From assembly GCA_000002435.2 (NCBI GenBank), contig CM018790.1: a DNA stretch of 64,000 nucleotides. One strand, given 5' to 3'. Position numbers and translations under genes: made by a program. This document shows positions 8,301 to 16,716 of this stretch, piece after piece. The notes beneath the pieces are model-generated. The model did not search any database. It saw nothing but the letters and a program-made list of their open reading frames with translations, and had not been told where the DNA came from. How positions within the stretch are numbered: the first letter of the stretch is position 1; the number at the start of each line of letters is the position of its first letter. This DNA is from Giardia intestinalis. Its lineage: Eukaryota.

Positions 8301-10908
8301 GCCGCACCTTCTTGTGCTTCTTCGCAGCAGACAGGGATACGTAGGGGTTGTACTGCTTGTCTATGACCAGCCTCTCTATTTGATCGTTCATGGAGGCCAG
8401 TGATCCATCGGCGATAATGGGATGAACATCTACCGGGATGTTTTCAAGGAGATGCTGAAGAGTTGGTGCACTAGCCACCGAGACCTCGGGATCTTTGGAG
8501 GGCTGTCTGTGCATGAGGAAGCTTTCGACCGTTCCCTTCAATGAAGTACCAGAGAATTCCGTGGAGACCGGTGTAAGGCCTGTGGTATCCCTATTAGCAA
8601 GCGATTCTCCCTGTCGATCTCCAAGGGCGTCTGCTTGCGCTGTACGCTTAGTAGTCCTATCGCTTAGCCTCTGGCGCAGTATCCCGCTTATGTAGAAGTC
8701 CACCAGGCCGCTTAGATGGAAAGTCTCCATTTTAGTGTATCCAAACTGACCCAGCGAGTCGTTGTGATCACACAGAAACCCCAGTGCAATGTCGTGCTCG
8801 AGTAGGGAGACATCTGCCGTCCCTCGATGAGCATCGAGCACGAAGAGATAGAAGCACGTCTCCGAGGTTGTCTCTGTGATTAGAATGAAGGAGGACTCAG
8901 AGAGAATCAGATAGGGTACCATCATTGCTCGCAGCAACGTGTTCTGGCTCTGCAGAAGCATCTCATACTGAATGGAGATGGGTGTAATGGTGGCTATCTC
9001 AGTTATCTGGAACGTGGAGTCGCTGAACTCTGTTAGTACATGTGTCCTCGTTGAAACGAAGAGAGATAGTAGCGACCGCTGGCCTGCAACAGCCTGAGTG
9101 CCTGGTTCTTCAGGGTCCGCGTCTGCGCTCCTGTGCACCTCCAGGATGTAGTATGTCAGAATGTATTGTCCTGTGACGCCAGAGTCATCGATCTGATCGC
9201 CCTTGTACAGAGGACGGACAAGTGGATAAGAGAAGTAGGCCTCACCCTCGAGTTGAAACTCTGCAGTGAGACATGTCCGCGTTTTGAACGAAAGGTAGAA
9301 TCCAAAGCACACACTGCCAATCAATAGCCAAGTCACGATGTAGTCCTCGACTGAAAAGACGCTATAGGCCCTAAAAGCGGGTTGCTCACCACTGGACCCC
9401 TGTACCAGTCGAGCAAGACTGGTGCTTGTGAATGGGAAGTCAAACGAGGATCCCGTGCTGAGGTTCAAGAGGCGGAAGACAAATCCGTAACTGGAGGCCT
9501 TGAGAACGGTGACATTGAGAATTGCATTCAGCGGCATTTCATGCCCTATCATAGCAGACAGCACCTCAGAGAAAATGACCTCAGATTCCTCCCTAATAAT
9601 GAAGCTAGCTCCACTGCTGGTGGGCTCTGTTAACGGTGATAACACAAATCCTCCATCGAGAACAAGGAGAAGAACATTTGTATTGTTGGACACGTGGATT
9701 ACTAGATTCTTCAGCAACGAATGAGCATAGGCAGGCTGATGATTGTGAACAGCCCGCAGGGCGGGAGCTCCACCCAAGACCCCTGCACTCGGTGTGTCAA
9801 AGGGAGCTTGGCACGATGTACTCAGTGTCTGTTTCATGGAAGACAGCGCACTTGGAGACAGGGCGACCTCCGTGTTGGATTCTGAAGGAGGAGAGGCTTG
9901 TTGTGTGACCATGTTGGAGGCGTGATACATGGTTGCTATGAGGGACAAGAGATCAGATGCCCCAGGTTTCTCCTGGATTGCTGAGAGGGCCAGGGATGCG
10001 TCATCAGACCACAAGAGGCGGTCGAATATCAGGACACCTTGCTCCCACACGATGGAGTAAAGGTACTGCATTCGTGTTTCGGTCTCAACGGCCACGTAGT
10101 GTGGCAAGACAAGGAACTTCTCGATGTTCTGTGTTAGGTCTAATCCTTTCAGTGCAACGCTGGAGCATACAAATGCATCGTTATAAAAGTGCACCTGGTA
10201 TATTTTTCCTGTGTCACCTACGACCAGGTACCCTGTGCCTGGAAGCTCCTGCAGGGAAATGATACGCTCATAAAAATAAATCTGACAAACCAATCTCCGA
10301 GTACTGATATCGTAAATTTTGAGAAGGTAGATGTCGCTACTAACCATTACTAAAACGTGAAGATGCTTAGGACCATAGACATACTTTGGGTTAATGTTAA
10401 GTGCGGGGCCGTTTATAAATGACGCGGGGTCGTCAGACATGTGGATAACCTGGGAACTACCCACATCAACGTAAGCCTGGGGCGCATGTAGTTCCAAATC
10501 CAGATCTACGATATCCTTTGTGGTAAATAGAAGATAGCGTGTTTCTGTCAAACGAAGGATGTTACAGATTTCCGCAAATGCGCACCCGACATTTTCCTCG
10601 GCATAGAGCCGAAGCAGTCCGCCACAGCGATCAACCACGATTAGCATGGATTCATTGATGAGAAGTGAGATTGAAGGAATATCTTTTTCCACCGTTGGAA
10701 CTAGCGATACCTGTGCATACTGATAGACAGGGATACTCAGGATGTGTTCGATGGATAGTAGCTCTGGAGGCTTGGAGGCATGGTAAGACGAATTAGGAAG
10801 GTTGGCATTATAAGGACATGCGAAAACGTGTATGTTAGAGTGGTCGTCATCGAGAATTGCAAGTTCGCAACCTGTCCAAAGAAAGGAGTTCGATGTGTCG
10901 AGGAGCAT
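5302..10908 (-). CDS. Large hypothetical protein, 1868 aa, no domain recognisable by eye
   Basis: Uninterrupted 5.6-kb ORF with ATG verified at 10908. All overlapping ORFs are short shadow ORFs. The N-terminal part looks beta-propeller-like. The middle contains Ser/Ala-rich low-complexity stretches. Confidence 0.7.
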   Translation of the reverse strand: MLLDTSNSFLWTGCELAILDDDHSNIHVFACPYNANLPNSSYHASKPPELLSIEHILSIPVYQYAQVSLVPTVEKDIPSISLLINESMLIVVDRCGGLLRLYAEENVGCAFAEICNILRLTETRYLLFTTKDIVDLDLELHAPQAYVDVGSSQVIHMSDDPASFINGPALNINPKYVYGPKHLHVLVMVSSDIYLLKIYDISTRRLVCQIYFYERIISLQELPGTGYLVVGDTGKIYQVHFYNDAFVCSSVALKGLDLTQNIEKFLVLPHYVAVETETRMQYLYSIVWEQGVLIFDRLLWSDDASLALSAIQEKPGASDLLSLIATMYHASNMVTQQASPPSESNTEVALSPSALSSMKQTLSTSCQAPFDTPSAGVLGGAPALRAVHNHQPAYAHSLLKNLVIHVSNNTNVLLLVLDGGFVLSPLTEPTSSGASFIIREESEVIFSEVLSAMIGHEMPLNAILNVTVLKASSYGFVFRLLNLSTGSSFDFPFTSTSLARLVQGSSGEQPAFRAYSVFSVEDYIVTWLLIGSVCFGFYLSFKTRTCLTAEFQLEGEAYFSYPLVRPLYKGDQIDDSGVTGQYILTYYILEVHRSADADPEEPGTQAVAGQRSLLSLFVSTRTHVLTEFSDSTFQITEIATITPISIQYEMLLQSQNTLLRAMMVPYLILSESSFILITETTSETCFYLFVLDAHRGTADVSLLEHDIALGFLCDHNDSLGQFGYTKMETFHLSGLVDFYISGILRQRLSDRTTKRTAQADALGDRQGESLANRDTTGLTPVSTEFSGTSLKGTVESFLMHRQPSKDPEVSVASAPTLQHLLENIPVDVHPIIADGSLASMNDQIERLVIDKQYNPYVSLSAAKKHKKVRRSLYVSVDNDTDMSDDLLSESSATRSYALSAHGSQFHDDGMTSAISLKRKLDTFKRREGYAGEYAIRPMKGRVHRFLRLCINISSATSKQSIDYRAELESIDNILKELAVSPSLDHTIGASASLSVPMTPAWVDAMISRFAFEYPAAGVSVEAPTSPRAHQHAGSTVVPEMLQQERSAITHVLSDELQPALESDDNESSSNESIADHISATPRLPSKYSTTSQMLSVMYDAAASPTPSLLEAVVEAYLPSDYYSLDSLGFLQVYNSTQRILATILITPLKRLYHNIFMVMAQKDGFITEGLRSRLKLGRASTSACQHLDFFASDLLNCREVVNCLLTELTPDHLYNHKLSFTLSCLSVLVMAGVLYRFLQEADRRPFLSAIDAALGFAIESYLLANPGRLPSMRLVFPFLAISSPFSKFAAVAFLRLLTARLSKLLLEEAIPKNTLNTLVLATTEVCELSFKLTLCTQLPPIHILVIHREIFYKAVLAFEALAFIKNLNLSEQLGLEEHVTALLDATLDESTAIACYFRNNFADADFKRLSPGFASYFLTNLAFLLRTVCTYASAVPTLMPAQCSHILLKTTALQELVGASSALVSSCKGISGYYRGLYASNNSIGTTSRAQKGEGPACQCHLHECFFEDAQKILSESPTTLSIRSIYVFVKYVRRHEQNVWRHHSTRFIQLLVCQMQRLSTLDRTTDSLIGAGPLTTLPLENSVLNRKSLLASLRECLFDFSYSLSPIVLVRLTTGNDISVLHGFTPGFLTIKFLESSTQALNLQKPLVLEQAYNYFLEHKAERYKLSMLPPFSQLNDPLLGISSNKYKTYGKILPCISFISVDPQNELALVYCHNYNALFVYKLSTNVDDVYLVGTGSTDLFTIISPGSQTLLAAKVVWTEVKKAMRSYTVCEVHFIHGDSPQSVASIEEYIWKTTRHEKPVKHLALFSVEDEQEEYEHRQQEEHRTDAKDSIPKPDRRQSYLVTQEKTTTKETMTVRLKIKRTVAH

Positions 10909-11002
10909 CGCAGCGTTTTAGGTGTACCTAAGAATTTGCAAGGTAGTTTAAAAAGTATGCACAGTTTACTAAAATTGCACATTTATCAACCAGGCACTTT
11001 CG

Positions 11003-11575
11003 ATGCACACGTGGCCCATTCGCCTCTACACCCTCTTTGGGTTTGCTGTTTCCGCTACTATTGCCCTCCTCTTTGCCATGCACCTCGTCTCATACCTATA
11101 TCCCTTGGAGTCAGCACAGAATATTCATGGAATCTCCGTCTCACAACCATTCACTAAGAGTGCCAAGAAGGCGTACAATAGCATTGAAAAGCTCACAGTG
11201 CAGCCTGCCCACGACGTGATGGACCTAAATATTAGCCTTTCCTACAACCTCACAGGTCTTTTCAATTGGAACACCAAACAAGTTTATGCGTCCGTCATCG
11301 CAGTATACAACGATACAGCCGGGTTACAACAGCAGACAGTATGGGACAAGATTGTCACACGTAATCACAGGAAGGTTTATAACGGCACGGTGAAGGCAAT
11401 CTATCCACTCCACAGTTATAATATTAAAGACGGCTTTAAGAACCTTGAGAAAATCGACCTTGTGTTTTATACACAAGTGATGCCATACGCTGGATTGTTT
11501 AGGACGGCACGACACACTTTTACAGACGTCCCAATAACTCGAAAGGAAGGCAGTAATACTTCAAGTAAACGCTAA
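11003..11575 (+). CDS. SPCS3: Signal peptidase complex subunit 3 (SPC22/23)
   Basis: N-terminal signal anchor followed by LFNWNTKQVYASVIAVY...VWDKIV, which aligns with human SPCS3 IFDWNVKQLFLYLSAEY...VLWDKIV. About 190 aa. ATG at 11003. Confidence 0.8.
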   Translation: MHTWPIRLYTLFGFAVSATIALLFAMHLVSYLYPLESAQNIHGISVSQPFTKSAKKAYNSIEKLTVQPAHDVMDLNISLSYNLTGLFNWNTKQVYASVIAVYNDTAGLQQQTVWDKIVTRNHRKVYNGTVKAIYPLHSYNIKDGFKNLEKIDLVFYTQVMPYAGLFRTARHTFTDVPITRKEGSNTSSKR

Positions 11576-13389
11576 GTGGCTGCCTTAATCAATGCAGAAA
11601 GTGCAGGCATACGCTTTGCTGGGAAAGATGTGCACCCATAGGTCACATTGGGGGCGTCCATCTGATTCTCCCGGAACGCTTGCTGGATCTCCAGTTTCAG
11701 CCGACTGGCCTCTTCAAGAGACCCTTCTCCGACAATGAAAAGACCGACTGTAGTGGCGGCGCCGTGGAATGTGCCGCCGTATGCCTCCAGAGAGAAGTAG
11801 TTGTTGTACCGTGGCTGACTGAGGGTTGACGGCGCAATGAGTGTGAGCAAAAGTGCAAGAAGAGAGGTCTGCTTACCCATGAGCGCATCAATCCCTTTCT
11901 TAGCGAAGGCCATAGCTACGTCAACAAACGCATCCATCGCTTGCCACTGTCCAGACTTTGCTTGCTGATCTCCAGAAGGTCTTACGGCTGTCCCTGCGTC
12001 ACGGATACGAAAGGCGTAGGATTGAAGTGCAGTCTGCAGATCTGTCGGTCCTATTCCGCTGACAGAGGAAAGCAAGTCTAGAAGGTCCTTGACCTTTGCG
12101 AAAAGCCCATTAATGAGGGCATCAAGATTATCTTGCGAGCCAAGAAGCACACAGATAATAGTCCTGACCAAATGCTCCTCTTCCTCCTTTGTGAGAGACG
12201 CTCCTCGTGAGGTCAATGCTGCGCTCAAAGCAAAGAGACTCTTGCGCTGACTACTAATCTGTTCCTGTTCAATATCAATATATTTCTTGATGGACTCTTC
12301 TGTTATATAGGTCAGTAGCTTGCTGCAAATGTTTGTGTGGCGCTCACAGTTCGCCTTCTTGGTCTTCATGGTGTCCATATTATTTAAAAGATGACTATAG
12401 GCTGCTTTGGCATCCATAGCAGATGCGTAGTTGTTTGAGAGATCATGCAGTAGCTTGTTCACATGTTCTGTGGCAGTGGTGAAGTGCTGGGTGCGGATGG
12501 TCTTGAAAATGGCGTCCTGGAACGCCGGCCCGAGACCAAGAGGGGGCTCATCCTTCTTATCACTATCACCACCGCTGAAGATCCCTAAATCGCTCATGAG
12601 GCCAGTGTACGTGTAAGGATGATAGAACAAGGGTATAGGGTCTGCCTCTCTATCTGCCAGCATAAGGACGTGCCCTGCCAGACGTTCTGAGCGAATGTTG
12701 TTCGCTTGGAGTTCCTCAAAGAATGCGAGGACAAGCTGCTTAGCCTTCTTGCCGCATGTGTAGATATACGGGATCCGGAGAGTACGGTTCAATGCATCCT
12801 CATCCCCTCTTGAAAAGGAAGCAAAGTACGAATACAAAGCGCGCACATTTGCTTTCAAAACGTCACTTGGTTCTGCAGAGGAAGTGTATACCGTGTAGAT
12901 GTCATCACAGATCATGCGAAGAGACATAGGATACTCAATAAGGCGTGTAACCAGTTTTCCTGCTGCCACATCTGCCCGGAACTCAGAGAATGCAAGTTGA
13001 TGTAGCTGCGTGGGCCCGGTGCAGGCAATGAATTCGTAGCTTGCATAGTATCCTGCCTTGATGTGCCCATGAAAAAGCCCGAAGTTCTTCTGTGTTGGGC
13101 TGCAGAAATACACTGCACAGGCTGTCGGAATGGGCTGTCGCTGATCTTCGATCCCGATGATCAGTGCAACATTCCGCACCATCATATCTCGAGCACCCAA
13201 GAGGTGCCTGAGAACCTGCCTGGCACAGTCATCGACGACGAGCACAAACCAGGTCTCTGAGACTTGAGGAGAAGACTGCAGGATTCGCGTCAGACCCCCA
13301 ATAAGCTGACGCGCAAGGGAGGCCATTCTTTTTTGGACCGCATGACCTCCTCCGCGCACACTCACCAGGAAGCCAACGAGCAGAAGCAT
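11572..13389 (-). CDS. Sec1/Munc18 (SM) family vesicle-fusion protein, Sly1/Vps45-like
   Basis: 605 aa with a Sec1-type N-terminal block (WFVLVVDDCARQVL...V..I..R.P.P...AVYFCSPTQKNF) and the overall SM architecture. ATG verified at 13389. The 3' end overlaps the SPCS3 stop by 4 bp (convergent genes). Confidence 0.7.
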   Translation of the reverse strand: MLLLVGFLVSVRGGGHAVQKRMASLARQLIGGLTRILQSSPQVSETWFVLVVDDCARQVLRHLLGARDMMVRNVALIIGIEDQRQPIPTACAVYFCSPTQKNFGLFHGHIKAGYYASYEFIACTGPTQLHQLAFSEFRADVAAGKLVTRLIEYPMSLRMICDDIYTVYTSSAEPSDVLKANVRALYSYFASFSRGDEDALNRTLRIPYIYTCGKKAKQLVLAFFEELQANNIRSERLAGHVLMLADREADPIPLFYHPYTYTGLMSDLGIFSGGDSDKKDEPPLGLGPAFQDAIFKTIRTQHFTTATEHVNKLLHDLSNNYASAMDAKAAYSHLLNNMDTMKTKKANCERHTNICSKLLTYITEESIKKYIDIEQEQISSQRKSLFALSAALTSRGASLTKEEEEHLVRTIICVLLGSQDNLDALINGLFAKVKDLLDLLSSVSGIGPTDLQTALQSYAFRIRDAGTAVRPSGDQQAKSGQWQAMDAFVDVAMAFAKKGIDALMGKQTSLLALLLTLIAPSTLSQPRYNNYFSLEAYGGTFHGAATTVGLFIVGEGSLEEASRLKLEIQQAFRENQMDAPNVTYGCTSFPAKRMPALSALIKAAT

Positions 13390-13409
13390 AGATCGGTGGC
13401 AGACGCCAT

Positions 13410-13676
13410 TTACTCCTTCTTCGTCATATTCTTAAAAATCGTCATACGACTGGACTTGCTGACGATGGCAAAGTCCCCCGACTTGACAAGCTGACGCATG
13501 ACCCTCTTTGCAAGAGCGACGGAAACGCGAAGGCGCTCGCAGATCTGTGTGTGAGTAATGCATTTTGAGTTCTTTATAAACTTTAAGGCCTCGTTCATGG
13601 CTGCTTCGTCAGCGAAGAGGGTCGGGTAATCTACCTTCTCCTTTACCGCCTTCTTGGTCCACTTCTTGCTAGACAT
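13410..13676 (-). CDS. RPS25: 40S ribosomal protein S25 (eS25)
   Basis: MSSKKWTKKAVKEKV...LFADEA...ITHTQICERLRVSVALAKRVMRQLVKSGDFAIVSKSSRMTIF matches eS25 (KKKWSKGKVRDK...[25 protein letters not shown]...LVSKH). The track ORF is 125 aa (13410..13787); its internal M at 13676 (verified ATG) gives the eS25-length product of about 88 aa. Confidence 0.8.
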   Translation of the reverse strand: MSSKKWTKKAVKEKVDYPTLFADEAAMNEALKFIKNSKCITHTQICERLRVSVALAKRVMRQLVKSGDFAIVSKSSRMTIFKNMTKKE

Positions 13677-13820
13677 CAAAGCCGCGCATTTAGAATCTAA
13701 AAATTCCAATTTAAAATTGTTTGTAGAGAGAAGATTGCAAAGAAAAAAAATCAATCCTAAGTTGTCCACTAGTCTATTACTATTCACTACTATTCACTAA
13801 TAGTTAGAAGTCATCCGCAC

Positions 13821-15515
13821 CTACTTCCTGCAGCAGGTGAACTTTGCGATAATGCCTGCAACGCCTGCGCTCCCCAGGATGCCCGTCACAATCATGATAA
13901 TACTCGGGATTGAAAGTTTAAACTTGCCCGTGATAGTAGTGCTACTGCTGCTACTACTAGTTCCACTGCTTGAAGACGAAATGATCTTCCCTCTCGGAAC
14001 ATATATGTCATTATCATTGCCTGGACTGGCTGGTGGTATCGTAGAGGGGTCTGAGTCGAGGGCTACACCATCTCCACGTTTTAATTTTCTCGCCCAGTAG
14101 GTAGAAGCTTTCGTTTTTTGCCTTTCTGTGTATGGCTTGTCCTTATCAGCTTTGTCTAATGGAAAGTACTGTGGTATGTCTGTATATGCGTACGTCTCAG
14201 AGCAAAGAACGTTGTTGCCTATCGGTGTGTAGAAGTGGCCGTATGACCCCCACTGTTCTCCCCAGGAGTTGCGCATGACCCAGACCTCAACTCCCTGGTA
14301 ATATCCATATCCCGCAAACATGACTTGGTGGTCAAGCCCTGTTTTGCTGCACGGCTTATTGAAAATGCCGCCCTTGTAGTTGCTGAAGTCTCGTGAGGAC
14401 AGAGGCCCGTCTGCCCCCGTAAACATGGCCGCGGCAACAGGGATCCCCCGTGCAAGGTAAGACTTGATTTGATTGACGGCCCCGTTTGTCATTGGCGACG
14501 AGGTCTGCATCTTGTCCAGCAGCTTAATGATAGACCTTTTGCAGTTGGTCCCTGTCACTGTCTCTGTGTTGTAAGGCAAGAAGGCCTTGGACACTTTGAA
14601 ATTAGCTATAACGTCAATTCTTGATGGATTCTTCTCCAAGTGAGTCGATTCTAGTGGAAAATTCTTTTCAGACTCCACTGTCTTAACTATGTTTTCATTG
14701 GCATAATCCATCGATGTGATCCTGTAGTTTCCACCTTCACAGAAGTTGTTGATAGAGCTGCGAGAGTTGTTCATTATGTACTGCTCGGAAACAATAAGGT
14801 CTACATCTTTGAACGTGTTGTCAACTTCCGTTTTGTCTTTAAAGTAACTTTGTGTGGACCGGGTCATACCCTCTAGCATGACAGCTGAGGCCATTGCCCA
14901 GCAGCACCCGCAGACCCCCTGGTTGCGAACCTTTCCTATAACCTCGAATTCGCGCAAATCCGCAGACAACGGAATCGATGATAAAGGAGAAAGGGGGTTT
15001 TGCCGTATGTACATCGTAGTGCATCCACTTCGAGGGGCCGGAAGTGCAGCCGACACTAGTGCAGAGTAGATGACCTTGAGCTGATAAGCGGCTGCTTCCT
15101 TGAACAGATTCAATCTTGAGCGTATTCTGTCCTTAAAGCTGCTCAAGTCGTACTCGGGGACACCGGTGTCCTGGACAAATCCCTTCATGGGCTCAGTTGG
15201 GTCTCTGGCAAAGGCTGATGTCAGCCCATATGTTGCATATCCATCTGTATACCTCAACAATTCGTCCAGGTGGTCCGTGTCCCTCGCATGGGTCGCATTG
15301 TGGTGTGCTAGATTTTTCGCGAAAGACAGCAAGGCTTTGTTGTGAGCCTCATCTGAGGGATAGTCTAAAGTAAAACGACTGTTGAAAAGAGAAAACAGGG
15401 TCTTTGTGTTTTCATGAATTGTCTCAAATGTGATTTTATCGGGGTCAATATAAAAGGCCATGTTACTCGGATCATGGGAAACACAGCAGACAATAAAGAG
15501 CAATAGCGCTAACAT
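13821..15515 (-). CDS. Papain-family (C1A) cysteine protease, cathepsin-like, with a C-terminal Ser/Thr-rich stalk and a TM anchor
   Basis: Signal peptide, then catalytic QGVCGCCWAMAS (Cys before Trp retained), His in DHQVMFAGYGYY, and Asn in NSWGEQWGSYGHFY. After these come SSSSSGTSSSSSSTT and a hydrophobic C-terminal helix (IIMIVTGILGSAGVAGIIAKFTCCRK). ATG verified at 15515. Confidence 0.8.
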   Translation of the reverse strand: MLALLLFIVCCVSHDPSNMAFYIDPDKITFETIHENTKTLFSLFNSRFTLDYPSDEAHNKALLSFAKNLAHHNATHARDTDHLDELLRYTDGYATYGLTSAFARDPTEPMKGFVQDTGVPEYDLSSFKDRIRSRLNLFKEAAAYQLKVIYSALVSAALPAPRSGCTTMYIRQNPLSPLSSIPLSADLREFEVIGKVRNQGVCGCCWAMASAVMLEGMTRSTQSYFKDKTEVDNTFKDVDLIVSEQYIMNNSRSSINNFCEGGNYRITSMDYANENIVKTVESEKNFPLESTHLEKNPSRIDVIANFKVSKAFLPYNTETVTGTNCKRSIIKLLDKMQTSSPMTNGAVNQIKSYLARGIPVAAAMFTGADGPLSSRDFSNYKGGIFNKPCSKTGLDHQVMFAGYGYYQGVEVWVMRNSWGEQWGSYGHFYTPIGNNVLCSETYAYTDIPQYFPLDKADKDKPYTERQKTKASTYWARKLKRGDGVALDSDPSTIPPASPGNDNDIYVPRGKIISSSSSGTSSSSSSTTITGKFKLSIPSIIMIVTGILGSAGVAGIIAKFTCCRK

Positions 15516-15640
15516 GTGAGATGTCTTAGATTGCAGTTTGTAACTATTAAGTTACCTCAATGAGAAATTCAGAATGAAATTTCCACAGTTTTAATATTTT
15601 ATGCCATATTGGCATAACACTTTTTTGAAGTATTTTGAAG

Positions 15641-16693
15641 ATGATGAGTACAGATTCCTGCCGGACTCGTACCATCACAGGCCCTGAAGACGAGAACGGG
15701 ATCTTTTTCGTCAATGAATTTACCTTCCAGGAAGACCAGGAGAATGTCTCAGTCAGTTCAAAGAGGATGCGGCGAATGAACGTATCCTTAGAAGTCCCCA
15801 CCAGGGTGCTCCTTCGCAAAGATGCGATCGCCAAGCCGGCATCAAAGAGCACTAAGTACTACCAGCCTCACGGCTCTGCAACCAGCGCTGACCTTACCTC
15901 ATTAATCGCTTCAGTTGAGGAGCGTCCTATCACCCTCAATCTGAATTCGGAGAGTGTTCAGAAGCAGCAGCTCGCTTCGTCTGCTATGGCTGCATCTATG
16001 GAGGCGACGCACGTTATATGCAACAACTGTGGGGGCTATCACTACACTTATTGTTGTCCTCAAAAGGAGACCTACGAGCGGGACATTATCACGGAGAAGG
16101 GCGGCATCTACGTGCCTCCAAGCAAGAAGAATAATGTAGAGAAGCAGACCTATTCATTGAAGCTGGACCCTGTTCCTCATTTCTGGACTCGCGAGAACCT
16201 CCAGAAGCTTGTGGACAGCCTCTGCGAGGAGCTTCGTGTCATGCTCAAGAATCTGCAGAGCGAGGGAACCGTCAAGCAAGCACCAACAGCTGAGAATTTC
16301 GATCAGCTTACCTGGCGCGAGAAGGTCCGCATCGAGAAAGAACGGAAAGAGGCCCTGACGCGTAGTAGTGAGCCAGCACAGGAGCCTCAGAGCCAGGAGA
16401 GCCAGGCTACCACCGCCGCTGACAACAAGAGTGACAAGCCGGAGCCAGAACCAGAACCAGAAAATGAGCAAATTGTTTCCTTGCGTGCTGCAATTGCTGG
16501 TCTCAGGTTAGAAAGGGCGAGCTTTCCGCTCAATAGGATCGATGGCCGGAAGCAGGGCTACGCATACATCAACCTGGGCACTAAGGAGGCTCAGCAATCG
16601 TTCAAGGCACGCTGGGACGGTGCAAAGATTGCATCGGAGCAAATTATCATGCACGTCCTACTCCCTGAAGAGTACGCACCTGCGCGCAAGTAA
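15641..16693 (+). CDS. Hypothetical protein with a CCHC-like zinc knuckle and a C-terminal RRM-like segment; possibly eIF3g-like
   Basis: The motif CNNCGGYHYTYCCPQ resembles the eIF3g zinc-binding motif (CRICKGDHWTTRCP). The C-terminal segment KQGYAYINLGTKEAQQSF resembles RRM RNP1. There is a PEPEPEPE low-complexity run. The track start at 15635 is TTG, so I used the ATG at 15641. The name is tentative. Confidence 0.45.
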   Translation: MMSTDSCRTRTITGPEDENGIFFVNEFTFQEDQENVSVSSKRMRRMNVSLEVPTRVLLRKDAIAKPASKSTKYYQPHGSATSADLTSLIASVEERPITLNLNSESVQKQQLASSAMAASMEATHVICNNCGGYHYTYCCPQKETYERDIITEKGGIYVPPSKKNNVEKQTYSLKLDPVPHFWTRENLQKLVDSLCEELRVMLKNLQSEGTVKQAPTAENFDQLTWREKVRIEKERKEALTRSSEPAQEPQSQESQATTAADNKSDKPEPEPEPENEQIVSLRAAIAGLRLERASFPLNRIDGRKQGYAYINLGTKEAQQSFKARWDGAKIASEQIIMHVLLPEEYAPARK

Positions 16694-16716
16694 AGCAAGT
16701 AAATGCAGAGGCTCAT

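Noticed and set aside
6816-8403. Several 70-115-aa ORFs (6816..7160-, 6872..7129+, 8080..8403+, 8142..8366+) within the 1,868-aa gene
   Set aside because: They are nested, alternative-frame or antisense shadows of the single long ORF.
13677-13787. N-terminal 37-aa extension of the RPS25 track ORF (MNSNRLVDNLGLIFFLCNLLSTNNFKLEFLDSKCAAL)
   Set aside because: It has no counterpart in eS25 proteins and is hydrophobic 5'-flank read-through. The conserved protein begins at the internal Met at 13676, so I did not invoke an intron.
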